From the NCBI RefSeq assembly GCF_001194135.2, contig NC_069005.1, forward strand, positions 20,977,947 through 21,041,946: a stretch of DNA of 64,000 bases. The letters run 5' to 3'. Numbering within the stretch: the first letter of the stretch is position 1; the number at the start of each line of letters is the position of its first letter. Positions 51,772 through 63,130 of this stretch are shown here, one piece after another. This DNA comes from Octopus bimaculoides. Lineage: Eukaryota. The notes beneath the pieces are model-generated. The model was not told the origin of the DNA, did not search any database, and saw only the letters and a program-made list of their open reading frames with translations. The translations under genes and the position numbers were made by a program.

Positions 51772-54700
51772 ATGCCGTTTAATTTCAAGTTAAAACGTAC
51801 GAAACGTTATGAAGTATCGTCGAAGTACGAGTTTGTTGTTGGGGTGCACATGCTAGACAACTCCTACTTGGAATGTTCACTGAAAGCTGACAGTACCGGA
51901 CACGATTGTCTCGGAACTATTGCCCATATGTTAAAACTGGAGGAGTTCGAATACTTTGGATTTCGTTACGTGACCAAAAAACTCCAATTCCACTGGATTA
52001 ACCTGGACAAAGCACTAAAGAAGCAGCTGGACAAACACGCTCACATTCCACGTCTCTACTTTGGTGTGATGTTTTACATATCGACTGCCCACAGGATTGA
52101 CGATAACCGAGCTCGCTACAATTATTTCCTACAACTGAAATCCGATGTGTTAGACAGTCGAATCTCATGTTCCAGCGAACAGGCCATCAGGCTGGCAGCC
52201 TACTACCTCCAGGCCGAATTGGGACACCATGATTCGGAACAGCACACAGTCGAGATGTTTAGAGACGTGCAAATTCTTCCCAAACATATGACAAAGGACG
52301 ATAGTATTACGACCGATCTGCTGCAAGATGTACTCTTTCTCCACAATAGTTTGATCGGGTTACATCCTATGGTCGCTGTCATACATTATATTAAACTGGC
52401 TCAAACCCTCGACGGATACGGTATGGAATACTACACTGCTAAGGATGATTCTGGTAAGGAATTATATTTAGGAACTTCCAACAACGGTATTTTCGCTCGT
52501 TATCTTAATGGTCAGCAAGCTTTATCTTTTCGTTGGTCTGTTGTTGCTCATATTGGCCAAAATAAAAAATGTGTTATTATCGATACCCAAAAGACTTCAA
52601 TACAATATTATTTAGAAGACACAGAAATGGCTAAATATTTTCAACAAATTGCATGTCTTTTACAGAAATTTTATAAATCATTCAAACCAAATAGCTGCAG
52701 TTTAACAGATTTAAGTGACATGGGTTCTATAAGTTCTGCTCAAGATTTCCAAGTGGCCCCCACTAACCTTCCGTTAGATTCAGTCGATCCTGCTGACCCA
52801 AACACTGCTTTATATTCTCACAGTCCAAACTATGCGATGGATATGCAGCCCGGTGTGACGAAAGAGAATTTCTGTAATACGCAACCGGGTGTTGACAGCT
52901 TCGCCCCTGACGTTGTTGCACAGCACTACGTGAACCAAACGTCAGATCCATCCCAAGTCGCTAACAATGTGTCATATCCTACACAAATCTCCGCTCCGGC
53001 GCATGTATCTCAACAACAGGACCTCACCTACCGCCAAGCCATGCTTCCGGCTTATCGCCCTAGTCCCGACTATAATCAACTAATGCGTCAACGCATTGAC
53101 AATTCGCTACAGATCAACACTTCCTCCTCCTCCCAACAGTCTCAGCCAGTTTACACAACAGCAATTACAACACCAGTTGTTCTACCACAGCAAGTAGTGA
53201 CTACTTTAACCAGTTACACAGACAACATCCCTCACTATGCCAACATCATACAACAGGACTCAAGATACGTAGATTATCAATCAAATTCTTGGTATAACAA
53301 TTTCATAGTGAAGCCGACACACAGTTCACCCGAGCTGAACACAGTTGCCACACAAGGAATGCCAGGTCGGGATTACATAGCTGAAGACTTCATGCATGAT
53401 AAAGTGTACTACAAACCGCCTCCTCCTCCACCATCTCCACCACCACCATATCCTCGCGTGAGCAGCAGCACACCAGACCTAGCTGCACAGACTGTCCAAA
53501 TGAACATCAATTACAGCCCAGACTTAGTCTCACGAAAGAACCTCGGTCCCATCTCTTTCGCTGTCCAATCGAAACTTGACAAAAGTTTGGAGAATCTTGC
53601 AGCGGCAGTCAATGAAGTGAGTGTCTCTGATGCTGACAGTTTGTGTAGTTGTAATTCAAACCAGACCGGCTGCAGCACCAAAGACACAGACAAAGACTTT
53701 GAAGACCAGCAAATACCAAGTGAAATTGAAAAAAACAACATCCACGTCCGTTACATTGCTCCAGAAGAGGCTCCCCCTCCTTCTAAATCTAAAGAAGTTG
53801 CCACGCTTCGAGAAAGTTTCAGGAGAATGATGATTGCACGTTCTAGTCCAGCTTGTCTTGGTCGCTTTAAAGAAAAAGCAAAAAAAAGTAGGCAAGACCA
53901 AATACGCGAAGATGATGACGATGATGTCATTGATGATGATGATGATGTTATTACCAATGTCAAAAATGATGAAAGATGTGAAAGTGCTTCGAGTAATTCA
54001 TCTTCATTGCTGCAACAGAACAAGGACTCCGACGGGGAAGCTGCTGTAGTTGTACCTGCAGGTCAGGCTGTAGCAGAGAGTGTTCAAACTAACAAAACTG
54101 AACTAACGACTGATCGAGGGACGGAGCTTCAAAACAACGAAAACCATGATGATGATGTGATGAAACATCAGAACATTGGCCCTTTAAAAATGGCTGCTAT
54201 GAATGGATTAACCCTCTCTCGTCCCATAATTTTATCAGCAAGTGAAGATGAGATTCGAGCTCCAAAAGATGAGAGACGTAAGATGCTTGAGGGTAAAGTT
54301 TCGGAAGGATGTGTTCTTGCAGAATTTGAACAAATTGCCAAGAAGGCACCGAACATGGAATGTAGCATTGGTCAGAAGCCAGAAAATGAATCTAAAAATC
54401 GGTTTCCAGATGTCCTACCTTATGATGAGACACGTGTGGAATTATCAGTCACTAAAAATAATGTTCATGGTTATATAAATGCCTCTCACATGAAGGTGAA
54501 TCTTGGAGTATTGGAATGGTCATTCATTGCAACTCAGGCCCCACTTGAGAACACAGCTCAAGATTTTTGGCAAATGATTTGGGAACAAGAGATAGATGTA
54601 ATAGCCATGTTAACTGGCATCAAAGAACAAGGAAAACAAAAATGTTACCCATATTGGCCCCAGGAACCAGGCTCTGATCACAAACTTCGGTTTGGCCGAT

Positions 54701-55146
54701 ATGAAATTGAATTACAATTCAGTAACAATTCCTGGTGTTATTTCACAAACCGTATTTCCATTAAAGAGAGGTCTACTGGAACAGAACGACTAGTGTGGCA
54801 CCTGCAGTACACTGACTGGCCAGATCATGGATGTCCAGAGGATACTTATGGATTCCTTGGCTACTTGGATGAAGTTGAATCAGTGCAACGTCTAGCTGAA
54901 AGTGAAGAAGGTAGTGGAAAAAAGTCCCCTATCGTTGTGCACTGCAGTGCTGGTGTTGGACGGACTGGTGTGGTTTTACTATCAATTATAATGAAATCCT
55001 GTTTGGAACACAACCTTAATGTTGATATTCCTCTTGTACTGGCCAGACTACGCCAGCAACGGATGTACACTGTCCAGACACTTGGACAATACAGCTTCGT
55101 CTACAAAACTTTGATTCGTTACTTGAAAAATACTCGGCTTATTTAG
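51772..55146 (+). CDS. PTPN14: FERM-domain tyrosine phosphatase, PTPN14/PTPN21 (Pez) family, single-exon CDS, 1124 aa
   Basis: N-terminus MPFNFKLKRTKRY then a FERM domain. The linker has family motifs YRPSPDY, PPPPYPRVSSSTPDL, SPDLVSRK and KMAAMNGLTLSR. The PTP domain has KNRFPDVLPYD, YINASH, WPDHGCP, VHCSAGVGRTG and QTLGQY. Confidence 0.96.
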   Translation: MPFNFKLKRTKRYEVSSKYEFVVGVHMLDNSYLECSLKADSTGHDCLGTIAHMLKLEEFEYFGFRYVTKKLQFHWINLDKALKKQLDKHAHIPRLYFGVMFYISTAHRIDDNRARYNYFLQLKSDVLDSRISCSSEQAIRLAAYYLQAELGHHDSEQHTVEMFRDVQILPKHMTKDDSITTDLLQDVLFLHNSLIGLHPMVAVIHYIKLAQTLDGYGMEYYTAKDDSGKELYLGTSNNGIFARYLNGQQALSFRWSVVAHIGQNKKCVIIDTQKTSIQYYLEDTEMAKYFQQIACLLQKFYKSFKPNSCSLTDLSDMGSISSAQDFQVAPTNLPLDSVDPADPNTALYSHSPNYAMDMQPGVTKENFCNTQPGVDSFAPDVVAQHYVNQTSDPSQVANNVSYPTQISAPAHVSQQQDLTYRQAMLPAYRPSPDYNQLMRQRIDNSLQINTSSSSQQSQPVYTTAITTPVVLPQQVVTTLTSYTDNIPHYANIIQQDSRYVDYQSNSWYNNFIVKPTHSSPELNTVATQGMPGRDYIAEDFMHDKVYYKPPPPPPSPPPPYPRVSSSTPDLAAQTVQMNINYSPDLVSRKNLGPISFAVQSKLDKSLENLAAAVNEVSVSDADSLCSCNSNQTGCSTKDTDKDFEDQQIPSEIEKNNIHVRYIAPEEAPPPSKSKEVATLRESFRRMMIARSSPACLGRFKEKAKKSRQDQIREDDDDDVIDDDDDVITNVKNDERCESASSNSSSLLQQNKDSDGEAAVVVPAGQAVAESVQTNKTELTTDRGTELQNNENHDDDVMKHQNIGPLKMAAMNGLTLSRPIILSASEDEIRAPKDERRKMLEGKVSEGCVLAEFEQIAKKAPNMECSIGQKPENESKNRFPDVLPYDETRVELSVTKNNVHGYINASHMKVNLGVLEWSFIATQAPLENTAQDFWQMIWEQEIDVIAMLTGIKEQGKQKCYPYWPQEPGSDHKLRFGRYEIELQFSNNSWCYFTNRISIKERSTGTERLVWHLQYTDWPDHGCPEDTYGFLGYLDEVESVQRLAESEEGSGKKSPIVVHCSAGVGRTGVVLLSIIMKSCLEHNLNVDIPLVLARLRQQRMYTVQTLGQYSFVYKTLIRYLKNTRLI

Positions 55147-55936
55147 CTGCTGGTCAAATCAATGTTAAGGTATTTGGTGCAGTGAATAATTAGATTATTT
55201 TTTGCTGTTTCTCATCTGCATTAAGTATTTTAACACTTACTTAACTATTGTTTTTGTTTCATGCGAATGGTATCCTTGAGTACATCATTAACCTCAGTGA
55301 TTTATTATAGAGATACTCTCTGATATACCTGGACATTTATTCTTATGCCTTAAAATTTTCAAGTATTATACAATAACAAAAACAAAAAAAGAAATATCTG
55401 ACAAACATACATCTGCAATTTTATCATAAATCATGTTTTTATATATTTTTGAAGAAAGTCTTTTTATAAATTTGAATTTATATATAATAATGTTTTTTAA
55501 AGAATGTCTACTATTTTATCTGTTTCCAATTCTTCTTTTTAATTTTTGAAATATTTAGTGCAATTTTTCATCCCTATTTTGTTTATTTTAATTTTTTTTT
55601 AGTTCCTGTAATCCACCCCCCACACACACAACCTCATCCCTCTCTTTAGCATTTATTTATTTTTGTGTTTACTGCACTGGTCAGGAATTTTTGCCATAAT
55701 ATCTTCTTCCACCAGTGCTTCAATACATACTTATACATANNNNNNNNNNNNNNNNNNNNNNNNNNNNNNNNNNNNNNNNNNNNNNNNNNNNNNNNNNNNN
55801 NNNNNNNNNNNNNNNNNNNNNNNNNNNNNNNNNNNNNNNNNNNNNNNNNNNNNNNNNNNNNNNNNNNNNNNNNNNNNNNNNNNNNNNNNNNNNNNNNNNN
55901 NNNNNNNNNNNNNNNNNNNNNNNNNNNNNNNNNNNN

Positions 55937-56090
55937 TATATGCTAGAAATAGATACCGAATCATCTAACCACGGAAAATATGTTCTCAGTTTCATTTGTC
56001 TTGCCCTTTTACAGTCTGTTGTGTCGCTAAATTTTTACTGAGAACATATTTTTCGTGGTTAGATGATTCGGCATCTATTTCTAGCATATA
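55937..56090. mobile_element. Short foldback MITE (54-bp arms, ~47-bp spacer)
   Basis: TATATGCTAGAAATAGATACCGAATCATCTAACCACG... is inverted at 56037-56090. Confidence 0.85.
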
Positions 56091-56999
56091 GGAGTCCACT
56101 TTTGCTGATCATTCCTCTTATTTTTGTATGTAATATAATTTTAATCTTCGGATTTTCTTAATATGCTAGACCACTGGTTTTAATTGATTAATATCAATTT
56201 CTACCCTTATTAATAAATTTCATATATATATATATATATATATATTGTAGACACATGTATAATATCTTCTCTCACCAGTGCCTTGATAATATTTATATAA
56301 CAAAAACAACATTAACAACAGAATAAACACCTTCCCTCTCCCACTATTTCTTCGTCTTGTTTTGGATTTTCTCTCAACGACCAGCTCCCACTTTGATTGT
56401 TGTTTGCAGATGATTGATGGTTAAATAACTGATATCATTTATGTAAATAACTGAAGGAGAAAACTGCCTAACAAATTCAACTATGACCAATTTTTTTTCA
56501 GTCAAATTTTGTAAACTCTTTCAGTGGTTTAACTCTAAGGAATCTCCCTTTCCTTCTCTTCTCTCTCTTTCTCTGCATTTCTCTTTTTTCCTCTCTCACC
56601 ATGTCTGCTTGTCTCTCCTTCTGCCTCTCTCTCTCTCTCTCTAAATGTCTGTTTATCTCTGTCTTCTGCCCTTTCTGCCAAAACCATGACATAAAAACAT
56701 CCAGTGTGGGGAGCGGGGAGGAATGGGATGCATAAAAGCTATTACACGTGCCTGTGATTAAATAATTGTTGGATTTTTTTTCTCAGAATGACAAACTTTC
56801 AGTAACTCCAGCTAAGAAGCTTTTTAGTCTACTAGGCAAGAATGCATGACTTTAAAAAAAATTCTTTTGAAATCCCTCTCTTTTGTTCTNNNNNNNNNNN
56901 NNNNNNNNNNNNNNNNNNNNNNNNNNNNNNNNNNNNNNNNNNNNNNNNNNNNNNNNNNNNNNNNNNNNNNNNNNNNNNNNNNNNNNNNNTATGTATTGG

Positions 57000-57715
57000 T
57001 TAGAGGTCCTGTTTATGTTTTTATTTCTGCGACGAGTCCCCGGGAGATGGGTAAATGGACAATTAAGCTGTAGACATAATCCGTTACGCTGGGAATAGCG
57101 GCAGATTTTAGGGTTCTGTGTAACGGGTGGTTTTTTGATAATTTGATTTAGTATTTGGTGAGGGTGGTAGTGGTGGGAGTGGCATTGTTTTAGATTGTGC
57201 ACTTTGGTGGTAGCGGCTGTTGAGAGTAAGAATTGAACATCTAGTCCCTGGTAAATGAGTGAATTTGCAATCAGTGTCAATGCACAACCTCTTGTGTAGT
57301 GAATAGCAGCATATTTTGGGGTTTCATGTGTAGGCTGTGAGAGCGGCATAGATTTTAATTTGTGTTTGGCAAATTCATTAAGGGGTCTTCAAGTAAGCAT
57401 TTAGTTGGTTGATCCCAAATTGGGATGGTAGCAGGTTGAAGCTGTATCTGTTGCTGCTTTTGAGGTGGTTGTTGTGGCTGTAATTGTTGATGTTGTGGTG
57501 ATTCTTGTTGCTGCTGTTGAAGATTTGATGGGTGGGCAACAAACTCTGGTTGAATGGTCAGCCATCAATTGTGGTTGAATTAAGGAGTGTTAAAGGTTAA
57601 GGCTGGGTCAGTTGTTCTTGCTGTGGTGGTGGTGGTGGTTGTTGTTGTTTTTCCTGAGGTGGTCCCTGTTGTAGCTGTGATGGTTGTTGTTGTTGTTGCC
57701 AAGGTGGTTGTTGTA
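57000..57715 (-). pseudogene. Decayed Q/P-rich ORF with two CCCH zinc fingers (probable retroelement ORF1 remnant)
   Basis: KICCYSLHKRLCIDTDCKFTHLPGTR (57241-57317) and KICRYSQRNGLCLQLNCPFTHLPGTR (57036-57109) lie in different frames, with stops between them. Confidence 0.6.
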
Positions 57716-60085
57716 TATGTATACATATATATACATCTTATCTTCGAAACGTCAGGTTAGAATAGAGGCAGCTGATGAAGGAATATTCCAAGTGGCTTTC
57801 CGTTTTCCTATGTGTTCGTTCCGTTGTCTGTAGTTCATTGTTCTAACGTCCTGTACCCTGATATGTATATATATTATCTATGTATATATATGTATATCTA
57901 TTTATGTACATATATGCATATGTATCTATGTATGTATCTATATGCATATATATCTATGTATGTATCTATATGCATATNNNNNNNNNNNNNNNNNNNNNNN
58001 NNNNNNNNNNNNNNNNNNNNNNNNNNNNNNNNNNNNNNNNNNNNNNNNNNNNNNNNNNNNNNNNNNNNNNNNNNNNNNNNNNNNNNNNNNNNNNNNNNNN
58101 NNNNNNNNNNNNNNNNNNNNNNNNNNNNNNNNNNNNNNNNNNNNNNNNNNNNNNNNNNNNNNNNNNNNNNNNNNNNNNNNNNNNNNNNNNNNNNNNNNNN
58201 NNNNNNNNNNNNNNNNNNNNNNNNNNNNNNNNNNNNNNNNNNNNNNNNNNNNNNNNNNNNNNNNNNNNNNNNNNNNNNNNNNNNNNNNNNNNNNNNNNNN
58301 NNNNNNNNNNNNNNNNNNNNNNNNNNNNNNNNNNNNNNNNNNNNNNNNNNNNNNNNNNNNNNNNNNNNNNNNNNNNNNNNNNNNNNNNNNNNNNNNNNNN
58401 NNNNNNNNNNNNNNNNNNNNNNNNNNNNNNNNNNNNNNNNNNNNNNNNNNNNNNNNNNNNNNNNNNNNNNNNNNNNNNNNNNNNNNNNNNNNNNNNNNNN
58501 NNNNNNNNNNNNNNNNNNNNNNNNNNNNNNNNNNNNNNNNNNNNNNNNNNNNNNNNNNNNNNNNNNNNNNNNNNNNNNNNNNNNNNNNNNNNNNNNNNNN
58601 NNNNNNNNNNNNNNNNNNNNNNNNNNNNNNNNNNNNNNNNNNNNNNNNNNNNNNNNNNNNNNNNNNNNNNNNNNNNNNNNNNNNNNNNNNNNNNNNNNNN
58701 NNNNNNNNNNNNNNNNNNNNNNNNNNNNNNNNNNNNNNNNNNNNNNNNNNNNNNNNNNNNNNNNNNNNNNNNNNNNNNNNNNNNNNNNNNNNNNNNNNNN
58801 NNNNNNNNNNNNNNNNNNNNNNNNNNNNNNNNNNNNNNNNNNNNNNNNNNNNNNNNNNNNNNNNNNNNNNNNNNNNNNNNNNNNATCTTTTCACGACAAA
58901 AAATGACAAAAATGTTGACAATTTATTTTTTCTCATTCCCACCACCCCCTCACCACACCAGTCTGAAATGATTTTGGCCATTTTTGTTTCTTTTTCACGA
59001 TACACTTAAAATCCGTGAGAGAAACATTATTGGTTTAAAAAATTAATAATTTCAGCAGGCTATGTGTGATTTAAGGGAGATCTGGCTGTTGTTTCTAGCA
59101 CATCCCAAAACGCTCCTTGATTCTTTCTTAGACATCTTTTGATACTTTTCAATATTTTTCTCCCCATAAGCAAAGCTTATGGAATGATGATGTCAAAGTA
59201 ACACACCTGTAGTCCCAACCGAGCTAGGCCATGTTATGTGTGTATGTCTGAGAAAAAAAAACACTTAAAAACACCTTAATTGTTCAGATTAATCTTTCAA
59301 ATGTAATGCTTATTTGTTCACATTATTTGGAATTATTCAGGTTCAAGAGGGGTGTCCACAATATTTGCTTGTAACTTTCTAAATTTTTTACATACAGATT
59401 TGAAATTTTGTCATGGGATGCTTTATATACCACTGGTTTATAGTTATGGAATTTTAGCTGATCTTGTTGAGTAAATTTGACTTTTATGGGCAAGTAAATT
59501 TAATTAACAGGTGTATAAGCAATGACATTATAGATAAACACTAAAATTGAAATTCTTAATGCATCTTACCTGTCTGATTTGTTACTAAAATTATCCCAGA
59601 TGTCAACCGACAAAAATTTTGCCACCTTTCAAGATGATGTACATTAATTTGAATCAATTAAAATACAGGTATAATTGGTATAAGATTTTATTCTTTCGGT
59701 AAATATTTTGTACCTTGGTGTGGAATAATTTTTTCCACAGATTTTATCAGGTGCATTCAATGTATCTGATCTCCAAACTTGTCACATGCTACTTTTTACC
59801 AGAAAATAAAAGGTGAGAGGGGTGGTGGAGACTGTTCTCTCTTGACAGGATAAAGAAATTTCCCACTGTCTTTGCAAACAACAAGGGGGTGGATTTGGTT
59901 TCAAATCCAGGCAGGGCCAAACAAGGTTCTACAAGTTATTTATAATAAGTGGTGTTATATCGGGGTTGAAAGAATGACGCATACAATATTAAATATACTA
60001 CGACAATCTGAAAACAATAGAAACTTTTAAGGGTTTACTGGTTTTTATGAAATTTTTGGGTTAACAGNNNNNNNNNNNNNNNNNN

Positions 60086-60121
60086 TATATATATGTGTAT
60101 GTGTGTATATATGTGTGTGTA

Positions 60122-60178
<57 letters not shown>

Positions 60179-60310
60179 ATGTATGTGTGTGTGTGTGTAT
60201 GTATGTATGTGTGTGTGTGTGTATATATGTATGTATGTATGTGTGTGTGTGTGTGTATATATGTATGTATGTGTGTGTGTGTATATATATGAATGTATAT
60301 GTATGTATAC
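60086..60310 (+). repeat. (TG)n/(TA)n/(TATG)n compound microsatellite
   Basis: Read directly from the sequence; it explains the spurious VCVC/YIYI ORFs. Confidence 0.95.
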
Positions 60311-60526
60311 AAGCACCATTGACATTTAGAAAGGAAGCCTAAAGAGAGCATGAACAGCAGAAGAACTAAATTCTGCCCCACTGCCAAAGCAGTTGCCTTT
60401 AGAATGCATGGAGAGAAAGTAACAAAGAATTATACAATTCCATTATTAAATAACAGTCAAATGACAAATAGAAGACATGTCGGATATTGTTGGTGAAAAG
60501 AGTGAATATTTTTTCCTTACAGTTCT

Positions 60527-60641
60527 ATGAAAATAGAGATATTTCTAATTGCTGTTTCACTTGCATTCCCACAGTATGGATTTAATAGTACAATTAGTGA
60601 ATATTTTCTGTTTTACCATTCATGGCCAACAAATACAGCTG
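60527..60641 (+). CDS. Candidate exon of a secreted protein (signal peptide; weak RNase T2-like motif)
   Basis: Acceptor ttttttccttacag|ttctATG and donor G|GTAAGT. Encodes MKIEIFLIAVSLAFPQYGFNSTISEYFLFYHSWPTNTA. No downstream exon identified. Confidence 0.4.
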
Positions 60642-60741
60642 GTAAGTCTGTTTTTAATAATTTGAACAGTTTTATTATTGCAAATGAAACTGAACTGTCA
60701 AAATACATAGGACTGCAGAGTCCACTAATGTCAGGAAAATA

Positions 60742-61661
60742 CAGGGTATCCCACAATTAACTATCTATTTCAATGAAATTGGGCAAATTTTAAATAAACT
60801 GATTGAATTTTATGTTTATTACTTAATTATGATGCCAAAACAAATAGTTATAAATCTTACATGAAAATTCTATTGAAACTTTTAAGCATGTGCTCCATCT
60901 GTATTCCTACATATTTCAGATCTATTCTTAGCATTGCAAAGCACATTTTGAAGCATTTCAGGAGTTGTCTCCTGCACTGCTAACTGAATGCATTCTCTCT
61001 GTTCAGCTAAACTATTACTCCATTCTGGGGATGAATGTAGAGAAAATGGTTGCATCCAAATTGGGAAAAAAAAAAAAAAAAAAAAGCTGTCATGTACAGA
61101 TAAACAGGATCTAACAGGTATGGAAATAAAATTATAAAAGAAATTATAAACAAAATTAAAAATTTATACATTGGCTGTGTGGTAAGTAGCTTGCTTACCA
61201 ACCACATGGTTCCGGGTTCAGTCCCCCTGCGTGGCACCTTGGGCAAGTGTCTACTACTATAGCCTTGGGCCGACCAAAGCCTTGTGAGTGAATTTGGTAG
61301 ACGGAAACTGAAAGAAGCCTGTCGTATATATGTATGTATATATATATATATGTGTGTGTGTGTTTGTGTCTGTGTTTGTCCCCCACCAATGCTTGACAAC
61401 TGATGGTGGTGTGTTTACGTCCCTGTAACTTAGCGGTTCAGCAAAAGAGACCGATAGAATAAGTACTAGGCTTACAAAGAATAAGTCCTGGGGTCGATTT
61501 GCTCAACTAAAGGTGGTGCTCCAGGATGGCCACAGTCAAATGACTGAAACAAGTAAAAAAGAAATTAAAAAAAAAGATATGAAACATGATAGAAATAAAT
61601 AAAAATGAGTTTTAAAAAAATTGTCTGATTTCACTGAAATAGTTCATTCTGAGACACCCTG
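60742..61661 (-). mobile_element. Non-autonomous Tc1/rosa-like deletion derivative carrying an inserted SINE
   Basis: TA-CAGGGTATCCCA and TGAGACACCCTG-TA termini. The minus strand reads RECIQLAVQETTPEMLQNVLCNAKNRSEICRNTDGAHA, a transposase C-terminus. Confidence 0.7.
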
Positions 61662-61689
61662 TAGAGGGATGTGGGTAAGTATTCAAGGT

Positions 61690-62085
61690 ATAATACCAAA
61701 TGTCAAATGAATTAAAGTGCTGCATACATAGAGAAGCATTGGGAGCGAAAAACATGCCAGGAAAATTGAAAGGTGACATTGGAGGAGGCAGTAAAAGGTG
61801 CTACTTTTATAAAAGCTCATCTGTTAAATTCTTATATTTTTACTGTTTTTTTGTCAGGAGATGGGCAGTTCTCATGAACAACTGCTCTTGTATTCTCAAG
61901 CTGTCTTATAATAATGTATTTAGCTGCATATTTGAGTTACAGGTTGAAACAAGATTGTTTTTTACATGAAAAGTCATTCCTTGAGAGTGAGTAGTTCAAT
62001 AATTTTTCATGGCTAGTGATGGTGGCATATATGTCTGACATTTTTTTATGTATTTGAATGACCTAAATTTGAGTCTACAAATGGG
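61690..62085 (+). mobile_element. hAT (Charlie/Buster, ZBED5/8-like) transposase fragment 1
   Basis: KCCIHREALGAKNMP...FCQEMGSSHEQLLL...FELQ...WLVMVAYMSDIF...LNDLNLSLQ, with frameshifts. Confidence 0.85.
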
Positions 62086-62371
62086 ATCTGTAACAATTTG
62101 TACCCCTTTAGCATTCAAATTGGCCACATTTGGCCTCTCACACCTACTCTACAAGGTTGTTCATTGACATCTTGAAGCTATGGGATAATGCAAGATTAAT
62201 TCAAAACAATGAGAATAAATAAACATTAAATTTGACAGAATAATATGAATGCTAAAGGGTTAAAGTTGAAAATAAAGTGGAAGGGGCTTACAATGTTTTG
62301 GTACAGCCATTTTTGGCATAACCTGATTGGTGTTGCTGATTTGATGCTGCCTTATTTGACATCAGAGTGGA

Positions 62372-62685
62372 GGCGCAATGGCCCAGTGGTTAGGGCAGCG
62401 GACTCATGGTTGTAGGATTGCAGTTTCGATTCCCAGACCGGGCGTTGTGAGTGTTTATTGAGCGAAAGCACCTAAAGCTCCATGAGGCTCCGGCAGGGGA
62501 TGGTGGCGAACCCTGCTGTACTCTTCCACCACAACTTTCTCTCACTCTATCTTCCTGTTTCTGTTGTACCTGTAATTCAATGGGAATGCTCAGCCACTTA
62601 CACGTTAATTTCATGAGCAGGCTATTCTGTTGATCAGATGAACTGGAACCCTTGTCGTCGTAAGCGACGGAGTGCCAACAACAAT
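62372..62685 (+). mobile_element. tRNA-derived SINE (family E)
   Basis: A box TGGCCCAGTGG, B box TTTCGATTCC and a (CAA)n tail. Its 3' part is shared with family D. Confidence 0.82.
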
Positions 62686-62964
62686 TTGACATCAGGACAT
62701 TTTAATCTTTCTCTTATTCTCTTCATCCCTTTCTCTCCCTTCTGTTCCCCTCTCTCTCTCTATTTCTGTGAGCATCTAGTTATGTTTGTATGTATATATT
62801 TATATATGAATATATGTATGTATGTATAATGTTTCTCTTTCTCCCTCTATCTGTATGTGTACGTTATCCTCCAGTGCCAAAACACTATTGCCAAAGCAGG
62901 TTGAATGTCCAATTAGCTATGCGAACTCACCGACACTCAAACAGCTGTACCCCATTGTCTCATT

Positions 62965-63130
62965 TCAAAGTGGAAATTATGATTATGAAATTAGAATTAT
63001 AGTCTGAATTGTTTACAACATTTTATGAATTTCTTGCAACGTCTGATGATGGCCTCTGTGAAGAAATAAGAAAATCTTTCCATTCAATCAAATATAAGAA
63101 CTGTAAAATAAGTCGATATACCCTGCTTGA
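62965..63130 (+). mobile_element. hAT transposase fragment 2
   Basis: KVEIMIMKLEL...FYEFL...LCEEIRK is collinear with the region that follows LNxLQG in Charlie/Buster transposases. Confidence 0.5.

Noticed and set aside
52763-55070. Short antisense and alternative-frame ORFs within the PTP gene
   Set aside because: Shadow ORFs of a long coding sequence.
57740-57800. CGAAACGTC and CTGATGA motifs suggesting a hammerhead ribozyme (degenerate version at 15129-15160)
   Set aside because: Stem I cannot pair and the core is permuted or mutated. More likely a decayed Penelope-type terminus than an intact ribozyme.
62372-62445. tRNA-like sequences (also SINE heads at 46922, 35717 and 50205)
   Set aside because: They continue into SINE bodies and lack a proper acceptor stem, so they are not tRNA genes.
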